From: a virus
Lineage: Duplodnaviria; Caudoviricetes
Length of the DNA stretch: 55,694 nt
Virus record (IMG/VR): IMGVR_UViG_3300044711_000046
Location: 1 to 55,694 of that record
Strand: one strand, 5' to 3'
Shown: positions 8,950-19,900 of the stretch, piece after piece
Layout of the letters: each line of letters starts with the position of its first letter
Position numbering within the stretch: the first letter of the stretch is position 1
Position numbers and translations under genes: made by a program
The notes under the pieces: generated by a model
Database searches by the model: none
Seen by the model: only the letters and a program-made list of their open reading frames with translations
What the model was told of the DNA's origin: nothing

Positions 8950-11900
8950 TGAGATGCCCTTCGATCGGTGGCCGGCATCGTCTGCTGGCCGATTTGTAGC
9001 TGTCCGAGGATGGCCGGACCAGCCTGAGGTGCTCCGCCGCCCATAGCGCCGCCTGCAACAGCGGTAGCTGCAGCTGCAGGCGGAGGATTCAGAAAGTTCA
9101 TGTGCGACGGCGTCATCGTCCCATCGACGGGTACCTGGTACATGATCGAGAGCGCTACGCGACGCGCGTACGGCAGCGTCTTCTGAAACGTGGCCGCATG
9201 CGATAGCAGCGTCTTCTGCGCCTCTGCGAACAGGTTCGGGTAGACGGTCCGCAGTGTCTCGGCGCCCTCGAGAGAAAGGTGGCCCTTGGCGAGGTCTTCG
9301 ATCACCGACGCCGGATCGTTGACGGCGTGGACGTACTTGGCAAATTCATTGATCGCCGCCATCGACGGTTTCCACGTGCCATCACCGGGCAGCATTCCGG
9401 GTAGCATCGTCTGCTTGGGACGCTTCGAGTCAAGGAACGCGATGCCCTTGCGAGTCTGCGCGATGATCGCATCCTGCATCTCAGCATTTGGCGTCTGCAT
9501 TCGATCTCCGATAGCATGCTCGACGGCGCCGGGCTGCATCGCTCGCGAAATTTCATTCGACCGAGCGTCGAACAGCACCCGCGGGTCCTTGGACTTCGTG
9601 TCCCCATCGCCGGGGAACAACTTGCTCGCCAGGAGCGCCGATGGGCCGGCCATGACGGCAGCTTTCTTGGCGCCGCGCGCACCGGTCTCGAGTAGCTCGG
9701 CGGTCGCTTTGGTGATCCGCTCGCGCGTCTGCGCCGCCTTGGATGCGATGACACCGTCGGCGGTCTTGCCGATCGATCCGCCCTTGCGGCCGAGGATCTT
9801 CATCGCGGCGCGCGCCTTGAGGAACAGGCTCAACACGGGTCCGATCACCGGTATGGCCGACACGTCTGGCGTGTGAACTCCGAGCGCATGGAGCACTTCC
9901 ATCGCGGTAGCCGCATCAGCCAGGATGCCCATCGCCTTGCCGGCGTTACCCTTGACGGCCGGAGCCAGTTTGTCGCCAAGGTCGCCGGCCATCTTGGCCG
10001 TGCTCGCGCCCTGCGACGCGGCCTGCTTCTGTGCTGCCTCTCGGTATGCTTTGGCGTTGGCCTTCGCAGTCGGAGGCGCCTTGTCGCCGAGTACGTCCAC
10101 GAGATCGGCGTTCGCGCGTTCGAATCCGTCAATCGCCTTCGCGGCGCGCGCGATGGATGGTCCGGCATCGACATTTTTACCGTCACGTGCCTTGAGGATG
10201 TCAGAGATCGGGCTGCCTTCGTTGTTCAGGATTCGCTTACCGAGCGACTGCCGCGTCGAGTACTCCGCCGAACTAACCGGAATGCCGATCGCCTCATCGG
10301 CCAGCGTGCGCTTGCCCAGCACGGAGGTTTTCTGCGGTCCTCCCATGCCTTCGATCAGCGCCCTGAGATCTTCTGGACCTCTAACGCCAGCCTCGCGCGG
10401 TCCGGCGTTGATCTTTCCCCACGCCTCCGCCGGACGCATCTCGCTTATCTCGGCTCTGGTGTATCCGAGTTCATCGAGTTGAGCTTTCATCTTGTTGGTC
10501 ATCATGACCGGGATGCTCTGCGATGGAATTTCCACCGGATGGGTCTTGGCCGCAGCCTCATCGAGCGCCATTTTCGAGCCGCTGTAATTGGCTTCGTTGG
10601 CCTTGGCACGAAAATGTTCGGCTGCAGCTGCAGTTTTCTCCGCCTTAGCCGTCACGTAGTCTGCGACGCTCGGAGCGCCCATATCACGAAGGCTAGTACC
10701 TGCATCGAGTTTAGACTTGGTGCCACGCAGGAGGCCGGTGAGCGTGTCGGTGGCCGCAGGAATCTCTACCTTGGGCGCCTTCGCGATCAGATCCTCAGCG
10801 CGAGCATGGATCGCCGCCTTGATTCGCTCGGTATCACCGTCACCAAATCTGGCATCATCGATCAGGTCATCGACGATCTTTTTGTTAGCTCTGTAGCTGT
10901 CGGCGAATCGTCGCAGCTGGGCATCGATCTCCTCTTGCGTAATACCTGAAAATGCCCGTCCGGCGGAACGCTTCGGATCGCGCATGGACTCCAGCTCCGA
11001 TACGAAATGCTTGAATTCCTTCTCACCGCCGGTCGCCTTCCAGATCATCGAACCGCCGTTATCGATCCGATACGCTTTGCCATCCTTGACCAGGATATTG
11101 TCCATCGATTGGCCAAGCACGTCGTGGTTTCCTAGCCATGCATCGACGACGAACCCATCCTTGATGTTCGTATGGGCGACATCCGCTGCGGTTTCAGCGA
11201 TCTTGCCTTCGATTTCCTTAGATAGCAGCGTCCGTTTCCCGTTGATCCACGCAACCTTAGTCTCAGGGGCGTCAACGCCGAATGTCCTGTACAGTCGATC
11301 GGAGAGATTTTCGCCGGAAAGGCGATCGTAATCTCCTTTGTACTGCTTACCGAACCATTGCTGGCCGTCCTTGTCTTTGTACCAAGATCCGCCCTGCGAT
11401 CCCCCAGCCGGTCGATCGGTCTTGACATACTCGGCAGGGGCCTCATTCCATTCCGCCCCTGCAGGCTCGGGAACGCGACCCTCCTTGATTGCCGATCGTC
11501 GGCTGTATGCTTGGTTGGATTTCTCCTTTGCTTCTTTGTATTCCGGTGATCTGTTTCCACTATATTTGAGCGCGTGATCCTCCTCGTTGCCGAGGATATC
11601 TCTGTACTTGTCGATTTGTTTTAGGTTCATTTCCTCAAGAGGTGGAACCCTTGGGGCATTGTTGAGTTCCGCGACCGATGATGTCTCACCGGGTGCAGCA
11701 TGGGACACATCGACATGAATAATCTTCCGGCCATTGCCACCGGTGTCGATCTTGGTAACCGTGTACTTTGTATTGCGAGGCAGCATGAGTTCGCTCTCCT
11801 TGGCGAACTCGCTCCCCGGTACCGGGGATGCTGGATACCCTTTGGGAATGTTGAGGACCAATTCTACCCCTTGCCTGACATCCATCCCCTTGGCATATGA

Positions 11901-13631
11901 ACTGCCGACCTTCGGATCCACCGATGTAGACCCGAATCCATGGTCCACAATTGAATCCCCGATCTCAGTCGGCAGCCATTGATTCGTAGACCGCTTGCCG
12001 GTGACCCCCCTAAAGAGGGTCATATCGCGCGGTGCGGGAGATTGCGCGATTCCTCGATCTAATTTTTCTGCGATCTCCTTGAGATGCTTGGGTAGCTTTT
12101 CAAGATCTCCGCTTTCGCGAAGAGGTGCGTTGATATGGGCAAACAGACCGTTATCGGACTGTGCGCGGAATGCTTCGGCGACGTCTGGATCGACACGCGC
12201 AGAGTGCTCGGCCAGATATGAACGATACTCCGCATCGTCCATTGGTTCGGCTTGTGGTTTTGGCTGCGCATGCTTCGCATCCGCTGCACGCATTTCATCG
12301 TGCATGCCGCGGACCTCATTCAGCAGAGCTTCCGGCGTCCTCGGTTCGACCCTCGGCTCGCCGTGATAGGTGTTCGAATTCGGATCGAACCCCAGGCCAG
12401 AGGAATCCATGTTGAAGATCGAAGTCTTGCCAGGCGGAGCCTGCGGTACCGGTTCGCCGAGGCTGGCGGGCGCGTTCGGATCGCGATAGCCGGCCATCTC
12501 GCGATCGGCCGCATGCATCGCGTCGTGAATCGTATCCGGCGTCTCGGGAAACCAACCCTGCAGCGTAGCCTCGGTCGGCTCGTATTTGACCGCACCGGGT
12601 CGCTGGACGCCTGGGGGCTTGAGGGTTCCCATCGCGGCTTCGAGATCTGGATCGATCTCGGTCCGGATCCAGTCATCCATCTGCGCTTTGGCGGCGTCGT
12701 ATCGCTTGAGCGCGCCCTGGATCTCGGCACGGTCGGCGCCACCGACGACCTGATCGGCCATCGACTCCGGGTCCGCGCCACCGAACATCCGCCGCGTGAT
12801 GTTTTCTCCTCCCTCGGCAACGCCGATCTTCGCCTCGGTCAGGTCAAGCTTTTGCTTGGCCGCAGCCGCCATCGCATCGCCATCGGAAACCGCCTGCTCG
12901 ACGGCCGATACGGCATCCTGATGGATGCCCGATGCATGCGCGGCGGTGATCTCTGACTTCGGAAACAAGCTGCGAGCTCGAATCAGCGCCGACTCGCCAA
13001 GGCTCAGCGTTCCGCCGACGGCGCCGCCGAATAGCGCCCCCTTGCCCATGGCGCCAACGAAGCCTTCAGCCGCCAACGGCTTGTCTTCGAGCGCGACTTG
13101 ACTCAGGTAGTCACCGCCGCCATAGAGCGAGCCCTCGGCTGCAGCGCCTAGCGCACCAACGCCTGCACGTTCCAGTACCCCAGCGCCTTCCCTGGCGAGC
13201 CCGGATGTCACGGCGTGACCAAGACTTGAGGTCATCCCCGCCGGTGTATTTGCGAGGATACGCGAGCCGATTCCTTCGGCCGCAGCGCTTTCCCCGCCCG
13301 TCAGAACAGCAGGCAGGAGGGCACCGGTGAACTGGCCAGCGGCGCTGATGCCTGGGTTGTTGGCCCGATCGGCTGCGATGTTCTTCCTGGTCCGCTCATC
13401 GGACAGCGCGGCGAGACCGACATCGCTCAGTCCAACGGTGAGACCCGAGAGCAGACTGGTCGCGCCGGCATTGATGGAGCCGACGATTCCGTTGTCGATC
13501 TTGGCCGGCGCGCCAGCGATTTGGCCTGCTTCCTGATCGGACAGCGGCGTATATCCGCTAGCGATTGCGGACCCGGACTGCTCGTCAGGGAGATCTATAA
13601 CGGTGCCGCTTGGTGAACGAAGGGTAGGCAT
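8946..13631 (-). CDS. Large ejection/internal virion protein with ADP-ribosyltransferase and HipA/PI3K-like kinase domains
   Basis: Gly/Ala-rich helical ends; ART motifs LFRGV, GFGSTS, ESELMLPR; kinase motifs GGSQGG, WLGNHD, NIL, RIDNGG. Confidence 0.8.
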   Translation of the reverse strand: MPTLRSPSGTVIDLPDEQSGSAIASGYTPLSDQEAGQIAGAPAKIDNGIVGSINAGATSLLSGLTVGLSDVGLAALSDERTRKNIAADRANNPGISAAGQFTGALLPAVLTGGESAAAEGIGSRILANTPAGMTSSLGHAVTSGLAREGAGVLERAGVGALGAAAEGSLYGGGDYLSQVALEDKPLAAEGFVGAMGKGALFGGAVGGTLSLGESALIRARSLFPKSEITAAHASGIHQDAVSAVEQAVSDGDAMAAAAKQKLDLTEAKIGVAEGGENITRRMFGGADPESMADQVVGGADRAEIQGALKRYDAAKAQMDDWIRTEIDPDLEAAMGTLKPPGVQRPGAVKYEPTEATLQGWFPETPDTIHDAMHAADREMAGYRDPNAPASLGEPVPQAPPGKTSIFNMDSSGLGFDPNSNTYHGEPRVEPRTPEALLNEVRGMHDEMRAADAKHAQPKPQAEPMDDAEYRSYLAEHSARVDPDVAEAFRAQSDNGLFAHINAPLRESGDLEKLPKHLKEIAEKLDRGIAQSPAPRDMTLFRGVTGKRSTNQWLPTEIGDSIVDHGFGSTSVDPKVGSSYAKGMDVRQGVELVLNIPKGYPASPVPGSEFAKESELMLPRNTKYTVTKIDTGGNGRKIIHVDVSHAAPGETSSVAELNNAPRVPPLEEMNLKQIDKYRDILGNEEDHALKYSGNRSPEYKEAKEKSNQAYSRRSAIKEGRVPEPAGAEWNEAPAEYVKTDRPAGGSQGGSWYKDKDGQQWFGKQYKGDYDRLSGENLSDRLYRTFGVDAPETKVAWINGKRTLLSKEIEGKIAETAADVAHTNIKDGFVVDAWLGNHDVLGQSMDNILVKDGKAYRIDNGGSMIWKATGGEKEFKHFVSELESMRDPKRSAGRAFSGITQEEIDAQLRRFADSYRANKKIVDDLIDDARFGDGDTERIKAAIHARAEDLIAKAPKVEIPAATDTLTGLLRGTKSKLDAGTSLRDMGAPSVADYVTAKAEKTAAAAEHFRAKANEANYSGSKMALDEAAAKTHPVEIPSQSIPVMMTNKMKAQLDELGYTRAEISEMRPAEAWGKINAGPREAGVRGPEDLRALIEGMGGPQKTSVLGKRTLADEAIGIPVSSAEYSTRQSLGKRILNNEGSPISDILKARDGKNVDAGPSIARAAKAIDGFERANADLVDVLGDKAPPTAKANAKAYREAAQKQAASQGASTAKMAGDLGDKLAPAVKGNAGKAMGILADAATAMEVLHALGVHTPDVSAIPVIGPVLSLFLKARAAMKILGRKGGSIGKTADGVIASKAAQTRERITKATAELLETGARGAKKAAVMAGPSALLASKLFPGDGDTKSKDPRVLFDARSNEISRAMQPGAVEHAIGDRMQTPNAEMQDAIIAQTRKGIAFLDSKRPKQTMLPGMLPGDGTWKPSMAAINEFAKYVHAVNDPASVIEDLAKGHLSLEGAETLRTVYPNLFAEAQKTLLSHAATFQKTLPYARRVALSIMYQVPVDGTMTPSHMNFLNPPPAAAATAVAGGAMGGGAPQAGPAILGQLQIGQQTMPATDRRASQ

Positions 13632-13634
13632 CTG

Positions 13635-16085
13635 CTACTTCAATGCCTCGTCGAGTTTACCTTTGCCGCGAACGAAACTGCGACGCTCGTCCTGCTTGGC
13701 CTTGTTCTGCGCGTAATCGAAGTTGTCGATCACCGATTGAGGAATGATTCCGCTCGGCGGCGCGCCACCGATGCGTTTTCCCTTGGCGTCAAATGTTGGA
13801 GCCGTGTCATAGAGCGACGAGATCTCATCGGCGCGTGCCTTTGGTAGCACGTTGAGGATCTCCTTGTACATGATCGGATCTCGGTCATGCACAAGACCCA
13901 TGAGGCCGTTTCCAAGCGACGTCCTCGGGTTGCCTTTTTCGTCCTCGGCAAATGCAACAGTGTTGCTGATGTTTTTCACGACCGACCTGTAGTCGGAGTC
14001 GCTCATGTTCTTGGCGCGATCTATCAGCGTGGTTGCCGAGACAACATCCTTGGGGTCGAGACCGTAGACGGATCCGGGACGCGAGTTCGCATCTGCGCGA
14101 GCTTCGTTTTGGGCGTCCCATTCCCCATTGCTAGGCGCGGCTCCAACCACATGAGCGAGCGCACGGTTGATAGCGTTCGGCTTCGCCTCATCGGCGGCCT
14201 CCTCAGTCGTCTTGCCCGGATATGCCGTCGCCGGGTTGTCCAGCGGCGAGGTCGGCACCCACTCGCTCTTGATCTTGTGACCCTTGAGCTCGCTGTTCAC
14301 CGCGCCTTTGGTTGCCTCCATGAGTCCCTCGATCGCGGCGATGCCCGGTCCCTTCTTCACGGTCCGGTCCCACAGCGAGTCCGGATCGAACTTGATGATA
14401 TCCTCACGGACGCCCTTGATCGCACCCTGCGTCACGCGCTCGCCGAGAAACTTGCCTTCCTGCGCGAACATCGTCTCCATCTTCGCGCGCTGCTTCGCCC
14501 AGCCTTCGCGGTCGGTGATGTCGGGGTCCTTTTTCAAGAAGTCTCTCGCCTCAGCGAGCGCGCCGTAGATGTTCTGGCCCTGCACCATCGTGTTAGTGAT
14601 TTCCTTCGCGGCGCCCTTGTCATCGATGTGCTCGACGCCTTCGGGACCGTACGCTTGCTCGCGTAGCTTCTGCGCTGGCGTCTTCAGCTGGTCGGGAACG
14701 TCCTCACCGGGATGTGCCGCCTCCCACTGCGAGCGCGCCATGTTGATTCTATCCGCCTGTGCGGCCTTGGCCGGGTCAGCGCGCGTCGCCGCCTCTTCCT
14801 TGGCCGCCGCCTCTGCCAGCTTTCTGCCCTTTTCGTTGAGCAAGGCGTTGCCCGTGTTCGGATCTCCGATAGCGGTATCTTTGTGCGCTTTCTGAGCCTC
14901 GCGGATCGCCTTCTGCTGATCGGCGAGTGCCTTGCGCGCTTCGTCGGCGGCCCGGAGGTCAAGTTCCTGCTGTTTGAATCCTTGCGGACCGTATTCGGCG
15001 TTGAATTGCTTGTTGGCGAGCGCGAGATGTCCGCCTGCGATCCCGAGCGTCGCCTGTTGATGCTGATGTTCGGCCTCTTTGTCGATCGCGGCCGACGCCT
15101 TATCCACCGACTGCTGACGCTGATCGGCGATTTTGGCGTCAGCGATCGCGCGCAGCTGCGGATCTTTAATGGATGCCGCGGCCACCGCAAGCGCGTTCGC
15201 ATTGATGCGATCGTTAATCGAGTCCCGACGGAGAATCTCGGCATCTCGATTTGCGAATTCGTTACCCGCATCGGTCCGTTGACCGCGCAATCGCGTGCCC
15301 TTCTCCTTCAACTGATCGCGCGCATCAACCTGCGCCACCACGGCCGCATGCTGCTTCTCTTGCAGCATGGCAAGTACCGGGTCGGGGCCTTTGTCGCCTG
15401 ATAGCGCGCGACCAAAGCTGGATAGCGCCATCGCGATAGCCCACTGAAAGGTACCGCCGACCCCTTGGTCGTGCATGTACTTGTTGGGGTCGATCTTGTA
15501 GTTGTCGATCGCCTTGTTGTTCGCGTCGATCTGCATCGTCAGCGCGGCGTAGGTCTTCTTTCGATTGTCCTCGTTCTCCTGGAGACGCTTGGTCGTCTCG
15601 AGATCCGCCGCTTGATGCTGCTTGATTGCGACAAGGTCGGCGGCATTCTTCGGGGCCTCGACGTCAACGGCTTCATTGATCGCCGCCTCTTTCTGCTGAT
15701 CAACGCCTGCCTGACGCTGCTCGATCCCGGCCTTCTGCTGCTCGTAGGTCTGCGGCTTGACGGGCTTGGCCTTGGCTTGCGGCGAGGCGACCAGTGGCGC
15801 GCCGATCTCCGACACCGGTACGACGTAGTCAGGGTGCGCAGGCGATGCCGGGGTGATGATAGATCCAGGTGTGACCAGCGGAGCGCCCTCGGGCGGCAGT
15901 TGAGTCACCGGTTCCGGTGCTGGGGGCACGTCAAGCTGACTCATGTCCCCCTGAGGCAACCCCTGGAGTTGGGAGTCCACCGGTGGTGGCGCAATCGGGG
16001 TTAGGCCGATCGACTGCGCGACGGCAGGATGCAGTCCGCCGATGTCGACGGCCTGCCCGTCTGGAGTCAACCACGGATCCGGCAT
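13635..16085 (-). CDS. Putative ejection/internal virion protein
   Basis: 816-aa helical, Ala/Gln/Lys-rich ORF between pilot-like and large ejection genes. Confidence 0.65.
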   Translation of the reverse strand: MPDPWLTPDGQAVDIGGLHPAVAQSIGLTPIAPPPVDSQLQGLPQGDMSQLDVPPAPEPVTQLPPEGAPLVTPGSIITPASPAHPDYVVPVSEIGAPLVASPQAKAKPVKPQTYEQQKAGIEQRQAGVDQQKEAAINEAVDVEAPKNAADLVAIKQHQAADLETTKRLQENEDNRKKTYAALTMQIDANNKAIDNYKIDPNKYMHDQGVGGTFQWAIAMALSSFGRALSGDKGPDPVLAMLQEKQHAAVVAQVDARDQLKEKGTRLRGQRTDAGNEFANRDAEILRRDSINDRINANALAVAAASIKDPQLRAIADAKIADQRQQSVDKASAAIDKEAEHQHQQATLGIAGGHLALANKQFNAEYGPQGFKQQELDLRAADEARKALADQQKAIREAQKAHKDTAIGDPNTGNALLNEKGRKLAEAAAKEEAATRADPAKAAQADRINMARSQWEAAHPGEDVPDQLKTPAQKLREQAYGPEGVEHIDDKGAAKEITNTMVQGQNIYGALAEARDFLKKDPDITDREGWAKQRAKMETMFAQEGKFLGERVTQGAIKGVREDIIKFDPDSLWDRTVKKGPGIAAIEGLMEATKGAVNSELKGHKIKSEWVPTSPLDNPATAYPGKTTEEAADEAKPNAINRALAHVVGAAPSNGEWDAQNEARADANSRPGSVYGLDPKDVVSATTLIDRAKNMSDSDYRSVVKNISNTVAFAEDEKGNPRTSLGNGLMGLVHDRDPIMYKEILNVLPKARADEISSLYDTAPTFDAKGKRIGGAPPSGIIPQSVIDNFDYAQNKAKQDERRSFVRGKGKLDEALK

Positions 16086-16958
16086 CTACTTGCGGCTCGC
16101 GATGATGGTCCCAGCGGTCTGGATTCCGGCACCAAGCAGTGCGTTGTTCTGCTGGTTCTGTGCCATGTTGTTCGCGTTCTGAGCCGCGAAGGTTCCGGCA
16201 TTCATCGCCGTCAGCTGTGCCAGCAGATCCTTGTAGTTCTGGCTGTTCAACTGGTTGTTCTGAAGCTGATATCCAGCATTCGCGTTGCCGATGCTGATGT
16301 CGGCGTTGCGACCTGCCGAACTGACGCTGGCGAGTTGGTTCTGCGCCGCCTGCTGGTCCTGCAGCGCGGATTGCTGGCCCATGCCGGCGCCGCTGATGCC
16401 GAGCGCTGCGCTCTGATTCGCCGCGTTTCGATAGGCCATCGGGGCCATGCCGCCGCCACGTGCCATGCGAGCCTGTGCCTGCTGCGCGGCAAGCGCGTTC
16501 TGAACCTGGCGTTGCGCGGCAAGCTCGCCAGCGCCCTGCTGTTGGCCGCTGGCGATACCCTGAAGTTGCTGCATCTGCGCCAGCTGTCCAGTTCGGAATG
16601 GGCTGGCACTCGAGACCCGAGGGGCGTCATACCCGGTGATGTTTTGCGCGCCACCACCTCCGAACGCTCCGCCGACACCGGAGACGTCTACGCCGCCGAC
16701 CCTGATCGGCTGCCCGTTGCCGAGCCGGCCACCACCCTGACCAAATCCGCCATTGATCAGGCTTAGGATCCGATCGCGGTCCTGGTATTGGGCCGGTGCA
16801 TCGTCATGGTGGCTGAAGTAGCCACCAATGCCGCCGATGAGGCCGCCGATGCCGGCACCAATCGCAGTCCCGTAACCTGGAACAACGGAACCGATGGTCG
16901 CTCCGGTAGCAGCGCCGCCAAGTGCGCCCTTTGCGGTATCAGATGCCCTGCTGCCCAT
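16086..16958 (-). CDS. Putative DNA pilot/ejection protein
   Basis: Glycine-zipper N-terminus (GAATGATIGSVVPGYGTAIGAGIGG), Gln/Asn/Ala-rich body. Confidence 0.7.
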   Translation of the reverse strand: MGSRASDTAKGALGGAATGATIGSVVPGYGTAIGAGIGGLIGGIGGYFSHHDDAPAQYQDRDRILSLINGGFGQGGGRLGNGQPIRVGGVDVSGVGGAFGGGGAQNITGYDAPRVSSASPFRTGQLAQMQQLQGIASGQQQGAGELAAQRQVQNALAAQQAQARMARGGGMAPMAYRNAANQSAALGISGAGMGQQSALQDQQAAQNQLASVSSAGRNADISIGNANAGYQLQNNQLNSQNYKDLLAQLTAMNAGTFAAQNANNMAQNQQNNALLGAGIQTAGTIIASRK

Positions 16959-16968
16959 GTGATTTTCC

Positions 16969-19900
16969 TTACGCGGACCTAGAAGGTCCCACTTTGAAGT
17001 CTGGACCGAGACCCCCGCCAATCAAAAGCAATTCGGACAATTCGAAGCTAGCACCTCCATCACCTGTGGCCTCGATATCCTGGATAAGGAACGAAATAGC
17101 TTGACATCTCTTGTTGAGATGGATCCGGCGCTGGTACCGGGTTCCATCGAGCCCCGTACCGCCGTAGCTGCCGACGCCATAGCTGCCACCGCCGTACACC
17201 GACGGGTTCCAGTTGGCGTTCACGTTGTTCAGAATCGCCGAGCTGTAGGCGTCGTTGTAGTCGAGCCGGAAGCGGACGCTCAGCGTGTGCGCCGATTTGA
17301 ACGAGCCGAGGAAGTACGCCCATAGGATCTTCTGCCAACCCTGCAGATACGGCGCGAAATGTATCCATGCCGTCTCGATCACCATCGGAATCTGGCTGTT
17401 GTCGTCGAGGTACAAACCAGGCGTCTCGGCGAACACGCGTGAATCGGTCCGCAGATAGTAGTAGGTACCATCAACGGTAACGGCATCGAGTCCGGTGTGG
17501 TTGGTGAACGTGCTCCACTGATCGCGGTTGTAGTCCCAGAGCAGACTGCGGCCCGCATCGGTCAGGTAAATGATTCGCTGCACCGTCGTTGATAGCGTCG
17601 CGCGTGTGATCGTCTGGCTATCGTACGCCTCGACCGGATTTCCGATGTTGACGAGTTGTCGCCCACGGTTGAGCAACATGATGCCTTTGGCGGACTGGAA
17701 CGTGATCCCGGCCGGCGAATCACAAATCGACATCTGAGAGGTGCAACCGACGTCACCGGTGACACGCTCGGGCAGCGTGAATGCGTTCGACTCTGGCGCC
17801 GCCGACGGATCGGCGAGCGGACCCGGACCACCAAACGCATAGATCGATCCCGATTTGAACGGCAAGATCACGTCGTCCATCACGCCGATTGCCGTTACCG
17901 GTCCGCCAATTGGGTCAACCTGGACCGCGAGTCCTACTGGTGCCTCCATCGCGGTGTCATCGGCACGCTGCTGCGTGAAGCAGACCTGCAGCGGATCCGA
18001 GCTGCTGTCGAAAAACAATCGATTCTTGGCGACGGCCAGCATCTTGCCGCCCCATGGCGCCGGATCGTTGCTGAGGATTCCGCCATTGGTGTAGAGCGGC
18101 TCGCGCGTGAGCAACTGGGCATCGGTGAGGTTGTCGGACAGGACGATGCTGTCGGCCGTGACGTCATTGTTGACGTACCGGTTATCTCCGGTCGTGACCG
18201 TGACGTCGTTGCTGGTGATGCGATACAGCGCCAGCTGCGAATCAGCACCGGTCGCGCCCTGGATCGATCGAGCCGCGCACAGGCGAACGTTGGAGAAATT
18301 GGTCAAGCGACACGTCGGGATTCCGAGGTTGAACTTGCCAAGCGCGCCGATGGTTCCAACCATCTTGGTGCTGACGCCGCTCCGATGGAGTTCGCCCTGT
18401 GCATCCACGGCCTCATACCAGTAGGCGTATAGGTAGGTCCCAGCCGGGATGACCCCCGCGCCTCCGGGTACTGGCGTAATTGTCGCAGCCATTGCGATCG
18501 CGGCACCGGTAGCATCAAATCCGAGGTCCGGTCCGGCATTGAAGTCGGCTTCGTGCCACGCATCTCCGTCATAGTGCTTCGGTGCAGCGCTGGCAAGGTA
18601 GAGCCCGCGACCAAGCTGTGCCGTCTGATATTGGACGTCGAAGTCAAGGATGCAAAGCTTGAGGCCTTGCTCGCTGAACTGATCGCCGAATTGCGAGCTC
18701 AGCTGGATCCGGTACGGCAAGATCACCGCATGTTGGCGCGAAAAGATGTCGGTCGTCGCCATGTTGAGCGGCTGCACGGACGGCAGATGCTGCGTCCAGG
18801 CTCGCGTACCTGCACCGGTGACGCGCATAAGCGACCCACTGCAGTCGCCTGGCATCAGACGCGCAACGATCGTGTTGCCGGGGCTATTGATGCCGGACGA
18901 ATCCGACAAGCGAAGTGCCGCAATGTACGGGTTGAATCGCACGGTGTGCGCGACCATGACATAGGCATCACCGTCAGGAGTTCCTAGCCCCACCGAGGTT
19001 CCAGCGCCATCGTGCCATGCGCGGGATACTAATCCGTGTCCTTTGAGTCTAGTTACTGCGCCAGGAGTAACCGAACCCAAATCGAGCAGCCCGGACTCTA
19101 CTGCCGTCAAATCGGAACGCGCCGCAGTCACCTCTGCCGCCCAGTACAGGCCGGCGAATCCGCTCGGTAGCGCGGCGCCCCAGGCGAGCGTAATCCTCGA
19201 ATATCCAGCCGACACCGAGACCGGATCATAGAACGCACTGGAACCAAGCGCGCTTGAGTTCACAAAACGAACCCGGATCGTCGTCCCGCCGGCTACCGCA
19301 ATCCATCCAATAGCGATCTGTGCATCAGACGCATTGAACGAGATCGCCATCGGTCCGGTCACTACGTCGACAAATGTCGTCGCTGATGGAAGCCCAGTAA
19401 CGCCAGATCCGATTACGCCTGACGGATGAATATACGCAACACGGAATCCGCCACCGTTACGTACCCAAGCAATAATTCCGGGACGCTGCACGATTCCGGT
19501 CGGTGCCGCGATCGCTGCCTCGGCATCATAGAAAGGCTTGGTACCATCGAGGTCAGCCGTGAAGATCGACACGACCGGGGCGGTCGCTGGAGTCACCGGG
19601 TTGACGATGGCGATCTTGATCTGCCCGAGATCTTCGCGCGTCCATAGGACATGGAGCACATCTCCACATGCAATGCATCGAGGATTCTTGGCGTTCGCCG
19701 ACGAATCGATTTGTGTCTGGCTCTGGAGGATGCGACCAGTGGCTTCCTCGATCACCGACAGCCACACTCCGCCGCGTGAGTCCTCCCAGGCAACCACGGC
19801 CACGCCATTGCGCACCGCGTAATCCGGCTGGGTCTGGTAGGTTCCCGTGCGGGCGATCGGCAGCGTTGACGCGGTCGTGGCTGCGACCTCACCGGTGTCA

